A DNA stretch of 63,954 nucleotides, filler included, from Chiloscyllium plagiosum (Eukaryota): NCBI RefSeq assembly GCF_004010195.1. It is 5 parts of one record of this genome, joined end to end, with 100 filler letters (N's around TTAATTAATTAA, not from the genome) between each part and the next. Parts side by side here need not be neighbours in the genome. Positions count along the whole stretch, not along the records: positions 1 to 16,231 come from NC_057711.1; 4 more parts are not named here. The stretch is one strand, 5' to 3'. Position numbers and translations under genes: made by a program. Below the pieces are notes generated by a model. It searched no databases and was not told where the DNA came from. It saw only the letters and a list, made by a program, of their open reading frames with translations. Positions 1 through 13,500 of this stretch are shown piece after piece; positions within the stretch are counted from its first letter, which is position 1; the number at the start of each line of letters is the position of its first letter.

Positions 1-1086
1 ATCAAGCTGTGTGTGGATCCCCGGTACGCAAACACCAAGTGTCACTATGTACTGAGGTTCTACCTGTCCCCGGTGTTGCGAAGGATGGGCCTGGCCTCGC
101 TGCCGCAGAACGCTCCGAGTAGTTGGACTGTTCCGTATCACCTGTCCTTCGTGGAGAAGTTTGTGAAGAAAAACACCTTTGACCACAAGTCCGTCAGGAA
201 GTGGTCAGCATGTAGTGTCCTTGAGATCCTTCGGGAAAAGGAGAGGGCGGATCCTATCGAGCGGTTCTCTGAGCAGACTGTCAAAGCCATTTGGCAGGAT
301 GCCTCATCGCCAGAACTTTCCAACAAGCACCAAGACATGGCTTGGCTGGTGGTGAGAAGGGCTCTGCCTGTGAGATCCTTTATGCATGCCCGGACTCTCA
401 GCCGCACCGTACGTTACCCTCGAAGCGGCTGCGCAAGGGGGGGGGGGGGGGGGGGGGGGGGGGAGACGGGGCTGTCACACACCTCCTTCTGGAATGTGCC
501 TATGCAGAGGAAGTCTGGAGAGGAATGCAGTGGTGTTTGTCGAGGTTCGTACCGAGCAGCGCCGTGACACGGGACTCCGTGCTGTTTGGCCTGTTCCCCA
601 GGACGCACACCAAGACAAACATCAATTGTGCCTGGAGGATCATCAACCCTGTGAAGGACGCTCTCTGGGCGGTCCGAAACCTGTTGATCTTCCAGCTGAA
701 GGAGTTGACCCCGACTGAGTGCTGCAGACTGGCACATTCCATGGTCCAGGACTATGTGTTGAGGGACGCGCTGAAGCTTGGGGCAGCTGCCGCCAAGGCG
801 CGGTGGGGAAAGACCACTGTGTAAAGTCTGCCTGCCTAACGAAGAACAGGGGGCCCATGCAGTCATTTGGGCTCTGCTGACGCCTCAGCTAATTATATGG
901 GCATATGATCAAAAAATGTACAGACCTGTATAAAAATGTTAAGTTTTGATCTCTGTATGTAAATGTTCAAAGTTCAGCAGTGAGACCACTAAACTATAAA
1001 ATCTGTCTCATAATAATGTATGGCATGACCAATTGTACAGACCATCAAATTATTTATGAATAAAGTATATTTTTGGAAAAAAAAAA
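1..1086 (+). mobile_element. Tx1-clade non-LTR retrotransposon, 3' end of ORF2 (zf-RVT region) plus 3' UTR and poly(A)
   Basis: ORFs 13-567 and 291-824 give W..ASSPELSNKHQDMAWLVVRRALPVR and VTHLLLECAYAEEVW. They are frameshifted at a G27 run (437-463). Stop at 824, AATAAA near 1059, A-tail 1077-1086. Confidence 0.85.
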
Positions 1087-1529
1087 TGAGACGGAAAATG
1101 TCATTAATTTGGTCAGATCAGAATGGACACAGTGGGCCGAAAACCTTCCTTCTGAGCTGTAAAAGTCTATGAATCTCTGAGAACAGCAAAATGAAATGAT
1201 CCTGACATGTTAGTTGTGATATTAATAGGTTCAAATACCAGATAACACATTAAATATCAGAACTTTATCAAATTAAGTCAGCTGGAACTGTTTTAATCAA
1301 AAAGCAGTACAGTTAAGGAATAAGTCAGATAAAGTCATTGGGAGTGGACAATGCAAATTACAACAAGCTGCAATTCAATGTATTTGTGGAGATGAAAAGA
1401 TTTGGTGTGAACTTGGATATGTGGGAATGATCAATCAATGTTGCTATGTGAAATGGCTTTTTTCTGTTGCTAAACATTATTATGAGACAGATTTTATAGT
1501 TTAGTGGTCTCACTGCTGAACTTTGAACA
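964..1529. repeat. Perfect 56-bp inverted repeat pair (964-1019 and 1474-1529)
   Basis: 964-1019 TGTTCAAAGTTCAGCAGTGAGACC...CATAATAATGT is the exact reverse complement of 1474-1529. Confidence 0.95.
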
Positions 1530-2366
1530 AAAGGAATATATATCAGTAACACTACATTATTACATCCAGCCCAATAGCCCATTCATTACAATTAATTAAT
1601 TCAACATTGTGATGGGCACATTAAACAAATTACTTTCTTCTACTCTCAAATTCTGAAGAAGCATTTCCATTGTATAAAATGCTGCATTGCGGCAGCTAAT
1701 CTTTAAAATGTGCAATATTTTCTTGGGTTCTAACACCAACTAGCAGCCTGCTGGATTTGTCACAGATAATGTTAGCAAAAGGCAGCAATCGCAGACTCTA
1801 CCATTAGAGACATCCCTTGAACTATTTAGATTGTGGGTTCTCTAATTTGGACATTCGATATTGAGCGACCAATAGGAGAAATCTTCAATTTTGATGTTTT
1901 TTTTCAAGGTGATTGCACATTCTCTCACTTTAACTGGGTCCTTAAAAAGAGTGGTGATATATATTAAAACAGGCAAGTGTTAGCAGCCATGCTATAAGTA
2001 GGAGTAACTGTAGCTGGTGCAGAAGGGTTGAAAGGCTTTGCGAACATTCAAAGTTACGATCATCCTGACAAAACTCACCACTCTGACTGAACTTCCCACC
2101 AACTACTTCTCCCTTTCAGGGAGGATTCATATTCCAGCCTGGGCTCAGAGTAAGACTAATGCATCTTGATTTGGTTTGATTAATTTATTGTAATGTATAC
2201 CTAAGAACAGTGAAAAGCTTTGTTTACGGGCAGTTCAGGCTGATTATAGTAAGCAAGGAAATGCAGATCATAGGGTGTGAAAAGAACTTAGAGGCACACA
2301 GGTTACATCACACAGGATGTGCACTCAGCAAGATCAGCGTGACTTGAAGTTAGACAGTCCATTCAT

Positions 2367-2558
2367 TGGGGGGAGTCAAAACGTGTGGCGCTGGAAAAGC
2401 GCAGTCGGTCAGGCAGCATTTAAGGAGCAGGAGAGTCGGCGTTTCCAGCATAAACTCTTCATCAGGCATCTGAAAAGCGTATGCTCAAAACATCAACTCT
2501 CCTGCTCCTTGGATGTTACCTGACCGGCTGTGCTTTTCCAGTGCCACACGTTTTGACT
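2367..2558. mobile_element. Fold-back Penelope-terminus element with 12-bp TSD
   Basis: Inverted arms (~2373-2461 / 2470-2559). CAGTCCATTCAT is duplicated at 2355-2366 and 2559-2570. A degenerate CTGATGA...GAAAC motif lies on the minus strand. Confidence 0.85.
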
Positions 2559-2994
2559 CAGTCCATTCATCAGTTTATAACGGCAGGGAAGAAGCTATTC
2601 CTGAACCTGCTGGTGCGTGTCTTCAAGATTCTGTATCTTCTGCCTGACAGAAGAGATTGTAGCAGATGGGTGATGGGTCTTTGTGATGGGTCTTTGATGG
2701 TGTTGGCAGCCTTTCTGTGACAATGAGCCATGTCAATGGAATCCATGGCTGGAAGGTTGGCTTCCGTGATGGTCTGTCCTAGCACACAACCTTCTGTAGT
2801 TGCCTACGGTCCTAGGCAGAGCAATTACCACACCAGGCTGTTATACACCTGGACAGTGTGCTTTCAATGTAAACATTGGTGAGGATCCTTATGGACATGC
2901 CAAATTTTCTGAGCTGCCTGAAGATGAAGAGGTGTTGCTGTGCCTTCTTGACTGTCACATCTATGTAGGATGTCCAGGGCAGGTTGTCAGTTAT

Positions 2995-4324
2995 CGCTTC
3001 TCTGGATAGCAGTAACAGGATAGGTCAGAGTCAGCATGGATTTATGAAGGGGAAATCATGCTTGACTAATCTTCTGGAATTTTTTGAGGATGTAACTCTG
3101 AAGATGGACGAGGGAGATCTAGTAGATGTAGTGTACCTGGACTTTCTGAAAGCTTTTGAAAAAGTCCCACATAGGATGTTAGTGAGCAAAATTAGGGCGC
3201 ATTGTATTGGGGGCAAAGTACTAACTTTGATTGAAAGTTGGTTGGCTGATAGGAAACAAAGAGTAGTGATAAACGGCTCCATTTCGGAATGGCAGGCAGT
3301 GACCAGTGGGATACCACAGGGATCAGTGCTGAGACTGCTGCTTTTTACAATATATGTTAATGATATAGAAGATGGTATTAGTAATAACATTAGCAAATTA
3401 GCTGATGATACTAAGCTGGGTGGCAGGGTGAAATGTGATGAGGATGTTAGGAAAATACAAGGTGACCTGGACAGGTTAGGTGAGTGGTCAGATGCATGGC
3501 AGATGCAGTTTAATGTGGATAAATGTATGGTTATCCACTTTGGTAGCAAGAACAGGAAGGCAGATTACTACCTAAATGGAATCAATTTAGGTAAAGGGCC
3601 ATTACAAAGAGATCTGGGTGTTCTTGTACACCAGTCAATGAAGGTAAGCATGCAGGTACAGCAGGTAGTGAAGAAGGCTAATAGCATGCTGGCCTTCATA
3701 ACAAGAGGGATTGAGTATAGAAGCAAAGAGGTTCTTCTGCAGCTGTACAGGGCCCTGGTGAGACCACACCTCACTACTGTGTGCAGTTCTGGTCTCCAAA
3801 TTTGAGGAAAGACATTCTGGCTATTGAGGGAGTGCAGCGTAGGTTCACGAGGTCAATTCCTGGAATGGCGGGATTACCTTACGCTGAAAGACTGGAGCGA
3901 CTGGGCTTGTATACCCTTGAGTTTAGAAGACTGAGAGGGGATCCGATTGAGACATATAAGATTATTAAAGAATTGGACACTCTGGAGGCAGGAAACATGT
4001 TTCCGCTGATGGGTGAGTGTCGAACCAGAGGACACAGATTAAAAATACGGGGTAGACCATTTAGGACAGAGATGAGGAGAAACTTCTTCACCCAGAGAGT
4101 GGTGGGTGTGTGGAATGCTCTGCCCCAGAGGGCAGTGGAGGCCCAGTCTCTGGATTCATTTAAGAAAGAGTTGGATAGAGTTTTCAAAGATAGTGGGATC
4201 AAGGGTTATGGAGATAAGGCAGGAACAGGATACTGATTAAGGATGATCAGCCATGATCATATTGAATGGTGATGCAGGCTCGAAGGGCAGAATGGCCTAC
4301 CCCTGCATCTATTGTCTATTGTCT
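2995..4324 (+). mobile_element. CR1-clade LINE, 5'-truncated (RT domain to 3' UTR)
   Basis: QHGFMKGKSCLTNLLEFFE, SGIPQGSVL, ADDTKLGG and RNFFTQRVV motifs; one frameshift near 3780; ATTGTCT repeat tail. Confidence 0.95.
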
Positions 4325-6832
4325 CCTAGGAACTTGACGCTCTCCATCTTCTTTTAGGGACACCAAGAGAATCCAAGGATTGAAGGTGTAAATCACACCA
4401 TCATTACAAAAACCTCTAAATAAGTATTAATCTTGATTTTAACAGTTATTTTGTTTTCTTGGAACCCATGACATGATGATTTAATATTAAAAACCATTAT
4501 GCCATCTGCACAAAAATGTTGTTATAAAAATTAAGCATAGGCGTTCTTGCTTTCCAACTTTACAATGCCTAAATGTAGTCCTTTTAAACATTTTCTGGAA
4601 GAATAAAATTTTGCATCTCATTTAAATCTATTAATTTTGGGTAGATTGAAAGCAAAGCGGCTTTCTGTCAGTATGCTAATATTTTCCTTCCTTTTATGCA
4701 TTCTAATCAAAACTTGCCTCTGTAAATTAAAGAAAATATTTTCTCGATCAGATTTTGTAATTCTAATTTTTTCAAGTGTTTTCCTCAGATTTGTGGAGCA
4801 TTAATATACAATTAGCTGTAATTAATCTTTAGGGTTCACTTTTCATCTCCCTGATACTGGTGAAAGAGGCCATGAGAAGGGGAATTAATTGGGTGAGTTG
4901 GCTGAAGAGAGAGACATGGTCCCATCTTGTCACTTCAGCGTAGAAGTGCTCACTGTAAATTCCATTGGAAACTTTCTCGAGTCACCAGTATTAAGAGTAA
5001 CTACTGGCCTCAACTAGACACCTCTCTGACTATCTATCTTCCCAGCAGGTTTGAAAATTGCTTAGTCTCCCAATTGAAACTACGGCAGCATGCCTATCAG
5101 GTTGGTGGGGTAAATGCTATTTGCCCCATTATAGGGACAATTGGTCTTACAGATGGGGCAACATCATATCCTCTTAATGCTACTCATACACTAGTCTCTG
5201 ACCTTCCTCCCTACCACCCCGAACCCTCTTAATATGCATCTCACGTTTTGTGAAAAGCAGAATCCTAATATTGGATTCCCTGAAGGTAAAGCCTCAATCT
5301 ACACAATATGCTGCCTCTGATTGGCTGGCTGCTGCTGGAAAGGTGGGTTGTCATTTTTGAAGCTTCTGATTCACTAAGAAGCTATAAGTCGGCTCTTCAG
5401 AAGTTGATTGGCTAGAAATCTGGTAAGGTTGCTCAGCAGTGGGGGTAGTGAATTAGTTGACACCTAACAGCCCACTCCCACACTTAGCCTGAAGAAAGAA
5501 AATCATGGCATTTGAAATTGTTAGCTCAGAATATGTGAGTACTTTCATCAGTAAATGTATTTGGAATACATTTTCTGTTGTGCTGTTTAATGATCTTGCC
5601 TGTCTAATGGCTATCTGGGTGCTCCTGACATAACTCCACAGAGCAATCTTTGCCTCACTCACAGCACGATACCTGCTCTATATTCTATGTGACTGTAACC
5701 ATGGTGTTATCTCTTCATCTCCTCCAACCTGTCTCACAATGTGGTGCACTTACTTCTGGGTTAGAAGATTGTGGATTTAATTCTGATACTCGGACTTGAG
5801 TAAAATCTTGATAGGTACTTTAGAGTAGTATGAAAGCAAATTGCTTGTTTGACAATAACCAAATTCTTCAGTCATGTAGCAAAAGATTGTGCACATTTCT
5901 TTTGAAGACTGCCATCAAGATGAAGGAAAACAGGAAGACTAGACCAAGTAACTCCTGGGAACTTGTTTAGCTAATACTGTCGGAGCTAATATTGTAATGG
6001 GACTGGTATGCATATCTGTGTCAGGCATAACAGGCCAAATAGCTTCCATCAGTGCTGTATGATTCTAAAATAGTTAGTGCTGATAAAGTGTTAATAGTTA
6101 TCCATACAAAATAGTTTTTCACATTGAGGCTTGATGAAACTTTTAACGAGTCTAACATAAAAGATGAATGGACAGCACGAAATATTCCTCATTTGTATCG
6201 CTACAGAAGCGATAACAGAGAAAGGATCTGCAGAAATCAATGTCGAAAGTTTTGACATCCTGGTATTGGCAGCAGAAATGAATCCGTCTTCAGTCGTTTA
6301 GTTGGGTTCAATGAGAAATTGGCAAAGACTGATTCACAATTCACAAAGAAATCACAAGGTGAGGTTTAGGAGAAATTATTGTCTGGAATGCAGCATCACT
6401 GGCTGGACTAGCCTTTAATGATCATCCATTATTGCTCCTAGGCAGGTCATCATGAAATGATGGTAGTGAGGTGCTGGTTGACAACTCCAAGACCCAAGAG
6501 ACTTGCACTTGTACCTCTATTAGCAAAGCTCCTGGTCACCAAGAGTTCTGATGGGCAGGGCAGGAGAAGTCTTACATCACCATTGTTATACTGCAAAGGA
6601 AAGAAGGTTTTCAAGTTCGGCACAAATTTACTCTCTAACAACAAGCAAAAAAAAAAATCAAATCACCTAATCAGTGAAGTCAATTAAGAAATAGGAACAA
6701 GAGTAGGGCATTCAGCTTCTCATGCCTGCTCCCCCATTCAATAGGATCATGGCTTATGTGATGACAAAATCACTCTTTTATATTTATTCTCTCCTTTCAC
6801 TCTATTTGTTACATGATTGAAAGGAAGCTACT

Positions 6833-7152
6833 TTAGATTAGATTACTTACAGTGTAGAAAAAGGCCCTTTGACCCAACAAGTCCACACCGACCCTCTGAA
6901 GAGCAACCCGCCTAGACCCATTCCCCTACATTTACCCCTTCAAGTAACACTATGGGCAATTTAGCATGGCCAATTCACCTAACCTGCATATTTTTGGACT
7001 GTGGGAGGAAATCGGAGCACCCGGAGGAAATCCGCGCAGATACAGGGAGAATGTGCAAACTCCACACAGACAACATGCCCAAGGTGGGAATTGAACACAG
7101 GATTCTGGTACTGTGAGGCAGCAGTGCTAACCACTGTGCCACCGTGCCGCCC
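6833..7152 (-). mobile_element. HE1-type tRNA-derived V-SINE, full length
   Basis: The reverse complement starts GGGCGGCACGGTGGCACAGTGG, contains B-box GTTCAATTCC and ends with a TAATC tail. Confidence 0.9.
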
Positions 7153-7855
7153 GCTGTTTTACATCATCTGATTATTATCGGTGGTGTTGTGAGGTACTAT
7201 CTGCACTTGAATATTATGTTTTATTTCAAAAGACTGCTTACAGTGTAGTGCTTTGGATTAGAATTTTGTTTCATGTTTTAGTCACATCAACACACAAATC
7301 CAGCTATTAAGTGAATGTAAAGCTGTTAAGTTTTATTGTAATTGCCAGGAGAATAATGAGTGCATTTTTGAAGGGTTCAGCATCTAATCAATTTTAAGAT
7401 CCAAAAAATTATTTGGTGAAAGAAAACTGTCGAGTACATATCGGTGAAACGATAAGACAAATTAATTTATTGGGTCCAGCCTTTTGTCACTTTTTTTCTG
7501 AACAGTTGTGAACAAACTTGCTGTATGGCTGTAGAACTTTATAATTTTATTTTAGGCTTCTAGCATTGAAATTTACTTTCCCTGTGTTGCTATGACAATA
7601 ATTTCAGTCGTGACCCTGTCCTCAAAAAAGAATTACTGTATTGCTAAGGAATTTCACAGTTGAATCTGGATTTCTATCAATGATGGATAAATCAGTTGGT
7701 AAATGTTTACTCCACAGTCCAATTAATCCATCCAATATTTCCAGTAAATCGAGTCATCTGACAGAAGCTGAGCACTTTATGGAAATATCAAAACATAGAA
7801 ATCCTCAATTCATTTTAAGCGTGTAATGTTTGGCAAAACAGATCCATCACTCTGC

Positions 7856-8080
7856 ACAGAAATGCTGTAGAAACTCAACAGGTCTGGCAGCATCTGTGGT
7901 GAGAGGAACAGAATTAACTTTTCAAATCCAATATGCCTTCTTCAGAGCTCTCTCAAGAATCACTGGGGACTCAGAATGTTAACTCTGTTTCTGTCTCCAC
8001 AGATGCTGTCAGACTTACTGAATTTCTCCAGCATTCTCTGTTTGTTGCAGATTTCCAGTATCCGCAATGCTTTGCCTTTA
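7856..8080. mobile_element. Old fold-back Penelope-terminus element
   Basis: Diverged inverted arms at ~7856-7923 / 7974-8041. The minus strand has a CTGAAGAAGGC...GAAAAGTT hammerhead remnant. Confidence 0.65.
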
Positions 8081-8769
8081 TTAATGACAGATCTCTTGTG
8101 TTTGACTCCTAATCCATTCTCAAATTGTGGGAACAAGATCATTTGGAAATCTCGGAGTCTCTGCATTTGCTGGGTCAAAATAACGGTGACTTGCTTATTA
8201 GGGTGGTGTAATGACAAAGCAACACACTATCAATCTAAAAGTGGAAGTGCTAAATTCAGATAGGAAGAGGTCAAGAGGACTTTTGATGAGGTAGGTTGAC
8301 GTGTCCCCACCAGAGTTACGTTAGTTCAAATTCTCAGGATTCTTCCCAATTCCAATGTTCTATCTTGGCATGTTCTGAGTGGCTGAATTCCAACAATACA
8401 CTTTTCATCACAAATTCATCTATCCCGAGATTTACTCTTTAGTTAAGTTTGAACAATGTGCAAATTCTGCACAATGTTGATATTTTTCTGATTGTTGACT
8501 GAAACTTTGGATAAGCTGTGGAAATTCTAACCGATTCCATTATTCTTTTATGATTCCCGTTGCTTTTCAGTTGTAGCGATGCCAGACAAATTGGAGACAT
8601 GCTGCAAAAATTAACTTCCTTTGTGATGAGAGCTCCACAATTTGCTGCTGTGTTCAAATGGAAATTGATTGTGGACTGTTCATTATTTTATGTGATGCAA
8701 AGCATAGCATGGTATATCCATAATTCAAAGCATGTCACATCTATTATTATCTGAAAAAAATGACATGGG

Positions 8770-9100
8770 AAAAATAAATTTGCTAGGCGATCTTATTGAG
8801 GTATTCAAACTCAAGAGAAGTTCAGCTGAGAGAGAGAGAAACTGTTCTTATTGGGTGAAGTACCAAGAACCAGAGCACATGGATTTAAGGAGAATAAAAA
8901 TAACCAATGGATTTGGAAGGCCGCTTTGCAGAATGTGGTTGGGACAGTCATGATTTTCAAAAAGGAATTGCATAACACTTGAGGAGAAAATACTAGATGG
9001 GGAAAGGTGGGGAGTGAAACTAGCTAAGGTGTTGTTTTATAGCTATCACAGACTCAATCGGCAGCATTGTATCCTGTGCTATATCATTTGCTGATTCCAT
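8770..9100 (+). mobile_element. Old CR1 LINE 3' fragment
   Basis: Degenerate GDLIEVFK motif and CR1-like 3' UTR. Confidence 0.5.
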
Positions 9101-10179
9101 TGCCCCAATGTATCTGATACATCTGCAATGAATTGTAAGGGATTTATCAAGCATTATCTTCCCTTTGAAAATCTATGCTGGCTACTTCTATTACAATGTT
9201 AATTAACAATCCTAATATTTCACTATCTCAGTTGTTAAATTAATTAAATTGCAAATACCAAGAGGAGATCTGTTTCACTTACTTAAAATAAGTATGAGAT
9301 TGGCCACTCTCCAGTCTTCTGGCACATTTCCATTTTTAATATAGCCCTGAAATATAATTGAGAATTCCTTCTCTTATCTCGATGATATATTTGTCAGGTC
9401 ATAGCACTTTATCAGCTTTTAACCTAATCTCAAAGTTTCCTTTTAACCCTCACAGTACTGCAACCTCACGACCTTGTGGGTCAGTTTATCTAAATCTGAA
9501 CTCTCTGATATTGCAGTATTGCAGTTTTATTTCAGTTCACAAAGCTACTCTATTTCTCAGCCTAAGTCGGAGAAAATATTTAAAGGTGGTTGCACTTAGT
9601 ATGCTCCCTTGGGCTAGCTAAAATTTCACGTCATTCTGTGTGGTCTGTATTACGATAACTAGCTAATACTACATTTCAGTGGAAGGTAAATGTCTAAGCT
9701 GCAGGACAACCACAACATGGAAAGAGTTTCATTTCCACCACCAAACAAGTGGACTGAAAAATCATCTCCATATCTTCCATAAACAATCATTTGTAATCCA
9801 ACAAGCAGGGCTTAAATTATCTATTGCTATTCAATTAGCTACCTAAGATATTGCATATGAGTGTAAGGGTCTGAAAGGCTTAAGACTGAGGAGTGACTAA
9901 ACTGCCAGTACCTATGATGATTTCATGTGGACAGAACAGGTTAAGATCTTGAAGGAGTAAATCCTAACATCTATGTTCACCCCATCGTTATTGATACAGA
10001 AACTTTCATAACAAGCTGCTAACATGCAATAATCTGTATCTTGTTAAATACGAGAGCCTTTTCTAATTAGACCAGTTAGTGGTTTACCCCCATCACACTA
10101 GACCAAACAGCCCTGTAGATCCCTTCGCTAAAAGAAGCTGGTGGCGGTGTTGTGCAGTATTTTAAACCAACATTCAAGA

Positions 10180-10310
10180 TACAGTGATTTTAATGAGGTC
10201 AGCCAGCTGGACATCATAGAACATGAGTTCCTTGACAGGGGCTGTTAATCTGGTCCAGTCAGGAAGCCCGGGCTGACAGTGATAACAGGAGTGTCAGAGG
10301 TCCTTCTGCA
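10180..10310 (+). mobile_element. Gypsy LTR fragment, opposite orientation to the element downstream
   Basis: GCTGACAG..ATAACAGGAGTGTCAGA is the reverse-complement homolog of TCTGACACACCTGTTTATATCTGTCAGC (11613-11640). Confidence 0.5.
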
Positions 10311-10583
10311 AAAGGGGTAAATGGATATGGTTTGGGGCTATTTAGTTCTGATGATGATTATCTCTATTTCTTAATTAGATTATCTGACAGTGGTTATACT
10401 GTGTCATTGTTAATAATTGTCATTTATTAACAATAGCAGTGCTTTTGTAGGCTACAGTGATTATAGAATAGTATATAAACTGCTTGAACCACTGTACTGA
10501 TGCAAAGTCTCCTGGTTTACCCGTAGATATTGCTTTCTATTTGTATAAAATAAGGTTTGCTTGACGTTTGAATTAAAGACCCT

Positions 10584-13500
10584 GTTTTGTGAAATAGTTC
10601 CATAGGGGCCAGTATCTGTTACCAAGCCACCCTTTATTTGCACATGGAATTTTGTCATTTACATAAATGATTTGGATGAGAATATAGAAGCCATGATTAT
10701 CAAGTTGGTGGTATAGTAGACAGTGAAGAAGGTTTTCTGAGATTACAAAGAGATCTTGATCAAAAGGGTCAATGGGCTGAAAAGTGGCAGATGGATGTAA
10801 TCTGGATAAATATGAGGTTTTGTATTTTTATACAACAAACAGGGGTAGGACTTATATATTTAATGGTAGGGCCTTGGGTAAATTTTAGGACAGAGGGACC
10901 CAGGGGTTCAGGTATATAATTCTTTGAAGATTATATTGCATATAGGCAGGGTAGTTAAAATACAGTTTAGAACACTTGCCTTCATTGCTCAGTCCTTTGA
11001 GTATAGGAATTGGGACATCATGTTGAAGTTGCATTGACATTGGTGAGCCGTCTTCTGAACTGTCCACCCTGTTCTAGGAAGGATATTATTAAGGTGTCAA
11101 GGATTCACCAGGATTTTGCCAGGTATGAGCTATAAGGAAAGGCTGGATAGGCTCGAACTTTTCTCTCGGAATAGGAGGTTGGGAGGTGACCTTATAGAGG
11201 TTTATAAAATCATGAAGGGTAAACAGAGAACTAATGGTAGTTGTCTTTTCCTTAGGATAGAGCATTTCAAGTCTAGGGGACACATTTTTAAGCTGTGAGG
11301 AGAGAGATTTAAAAAGACATGGGGAAAACCTTTTACACAGAGGGTGGTTCACGCATGGAATGAACTTTCTGAGGATGTAGTGGATGCAGGCAGTTACAAT
11401 GTTTAAAAGACACTTAGATAAATACGTGAATAGGAAAGGTTTGAAGGTAAATGGGCCAAGAGTAGGCAGCTCGGACTAGTTTGGTATGGGATTATGATGG
11501 TCACGGACTGGTCTTTTTCAGAGCAGTATTGTTCTATGAGTCTGTGACTCTATGGAAAATCTTTGTTACTGACCCAGTTCCCTCAGAGCCAGCTCTCAGA
11601 ATGAACAGAATGTCTGACACACCTGTTTATATCTGTCAGCGTCTTATCCATGTAGGGCCATTCCCATGGTTCCAAACCAAACTTCATCTCCTAAAGTAAA
11701 CTCTCTCTCACTCAGTGAAATGTTCTGTCCAGCATTGACATTCCTGATGCTGATTCACCCTCACCGCTCCCCACCCCCCCCCCCCACCCTCCCAAGTCCT
11801 GGATGCATAAGCTATTGAGGGCTCCTTTCCATTGGGCCACCTATGAGCTAATACTAGACTGTTACAATACAAGGAAGCATTGCATGTCAATATCAGATCT
11901 GGCATGGGATCATAATGAACCCACATTTCAGAGGACAAAAGCTGTTTCTTTACTTCCTTGGTTACGCAACCATTTCTGAAGCTGACTCTTTTTAAAGAGT
12001 TGATACCAAGGTGCCAGGATGGAGGTCAGGTTATGTATGAACTTTCTGTAATAATTCACCAGGCCAAGCAAAGACCTAAGCTCCAGTGCAGACATGGGAG
12101 CCGGGACACCTTTGATCACCGTCACTTTATCTTCCAATGGGTGTAACCTGGTCTTGTTGACTCTGTAGACCAAGTAGGTCACTTGGGGTACCTGGAACAC
12201 ACATTTTTCCCTTCTAAGGCATATACTCACCTTGGAGAAACATTTCAGGACTATTTCCAAGTTCTCTTAGCGCTACTTATTAGTCTTCCCTATTATTAGG
12301 ATAAATGGCGAACTTGGATCGACTTTGTAACATGTTTTCCATTGTCTGCTAAAATAATACACAAGCAGATGATCCCCCAAATGGCAGTCTCATATATTGG
12401 TACAAACCCTTATGGATATTAATTGTAGCATACTTCTGGGAATTCTCATCTAGTCACAATTGCATGAACATGTGGCTTACGTCCAGCTTTGTGAAGTGTC
12501 GGCTTTGCATATAAATCCTTGCTGCGAGGGATTGGGCATCTGTCCAGCTACAGAAAGCTGTTTACCATTTATTTAAAATTCCCACAAAGGTGAACCAACC
12601 TGTCAGAATTCACAAACAGTATGACCGGTGCTGCCCATCCTGCAAACTGGACGGGTTTGATGATTCCTTTGTTTTCCAGCCTTCTGATTTCTGCCTCTAT
12701 GTTTGCCCATAAGGCAAATGGCACCAGGTGGGCCTTACAGAAATATGGAATTGCTTCCTGGTCAAAATGCAAGATGGCCTTGGCTCTTCTGATAGTCCCT
12801 GGACCTCCCCGAAAAGCTTTCATGTATTTAATTAGGACTTCATGCAGGCACCCATTTTCTAATGGAAAAATGTTGAGCCAATGTAGGTGAATCTCTTTCA
12901 ACCAATTTAACCACATCAAGCTTGGGCCCAAGCCTTTTACTACAAGCAGTGGGAACTAAACCAGTTGTCTCTCATTAGAGGCCTGAACTGAAGTTGTACC
13001 CTAAATGTGGAAAGGTTACCTGGTATAGGTTCTCAGTCTAGCCAAGATTTTGTGCAAACCTAAAGGTTTGCTAACTAAAGAGTCCAGAGGAAATTTTATT
13101 AAAGACTGTTTTTGTGATCACTGAAATGACTGTGCCAGTATTGAGCTCCATTAGAATTGGGTGACCATATAACCATATGTTTATTTGTTTGGTTCTGATT
13201 TGGATGTCGCTAAGCATTTTAGCATTCCAAACTAGATGTAGGTGTACTTCCCAGGGTGTGCACTCCCCTGGATTCAAGCCTATGAGCTGTTTTACTCAAT
13301 TTAGGTCAAGTTGGACTCTTTTGCTATCTCAGGTCTGCATGCCAGCAACAATTGCAATGACTTGCCAGTTAGATGCTGGAGAAAATTTTTAACTATTTGG
13401 CTGAACTTGGATTTGTTTTGGGGTTTTGCTGTATACTGATCTAGAGTCCCTCTATTCAGGATATGCAATTGCTGTACTAGCCAATGATAAAGCCAATTAT

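Larger units (their letters stand above)
2170..4350 (-). mobile_element. Rex1/Babar-type LINE 3' fragment, interrupted by a hairpin element (2367-2558) and a CR1 LINE (~2995-4324)
   Basis: The minus ORF has RKAANTIKDPS...LLSGRRYRILKTRTSRFRNSFFPAVI, typical of the Rex1/Babar C-terminus. It resumes at ~4325-4348, where the reverse strand encodes ESVKFLG. Confidence 0.7.

Noticed and set aside
1087..1180. Possible sequence-specific Tx1 target (snRNA, tRNA or microsatellite)
   Set aside because: The 3' flank looks like an old CR1-type tail; no RNA gene target is visible.
8560..8754. Short unique ORFs such as 8560-8754, 18608-18823 and ~60970-61117
   Set aside because: No recognisable domains or convincing paired splice sites; lengths are expected by chance.
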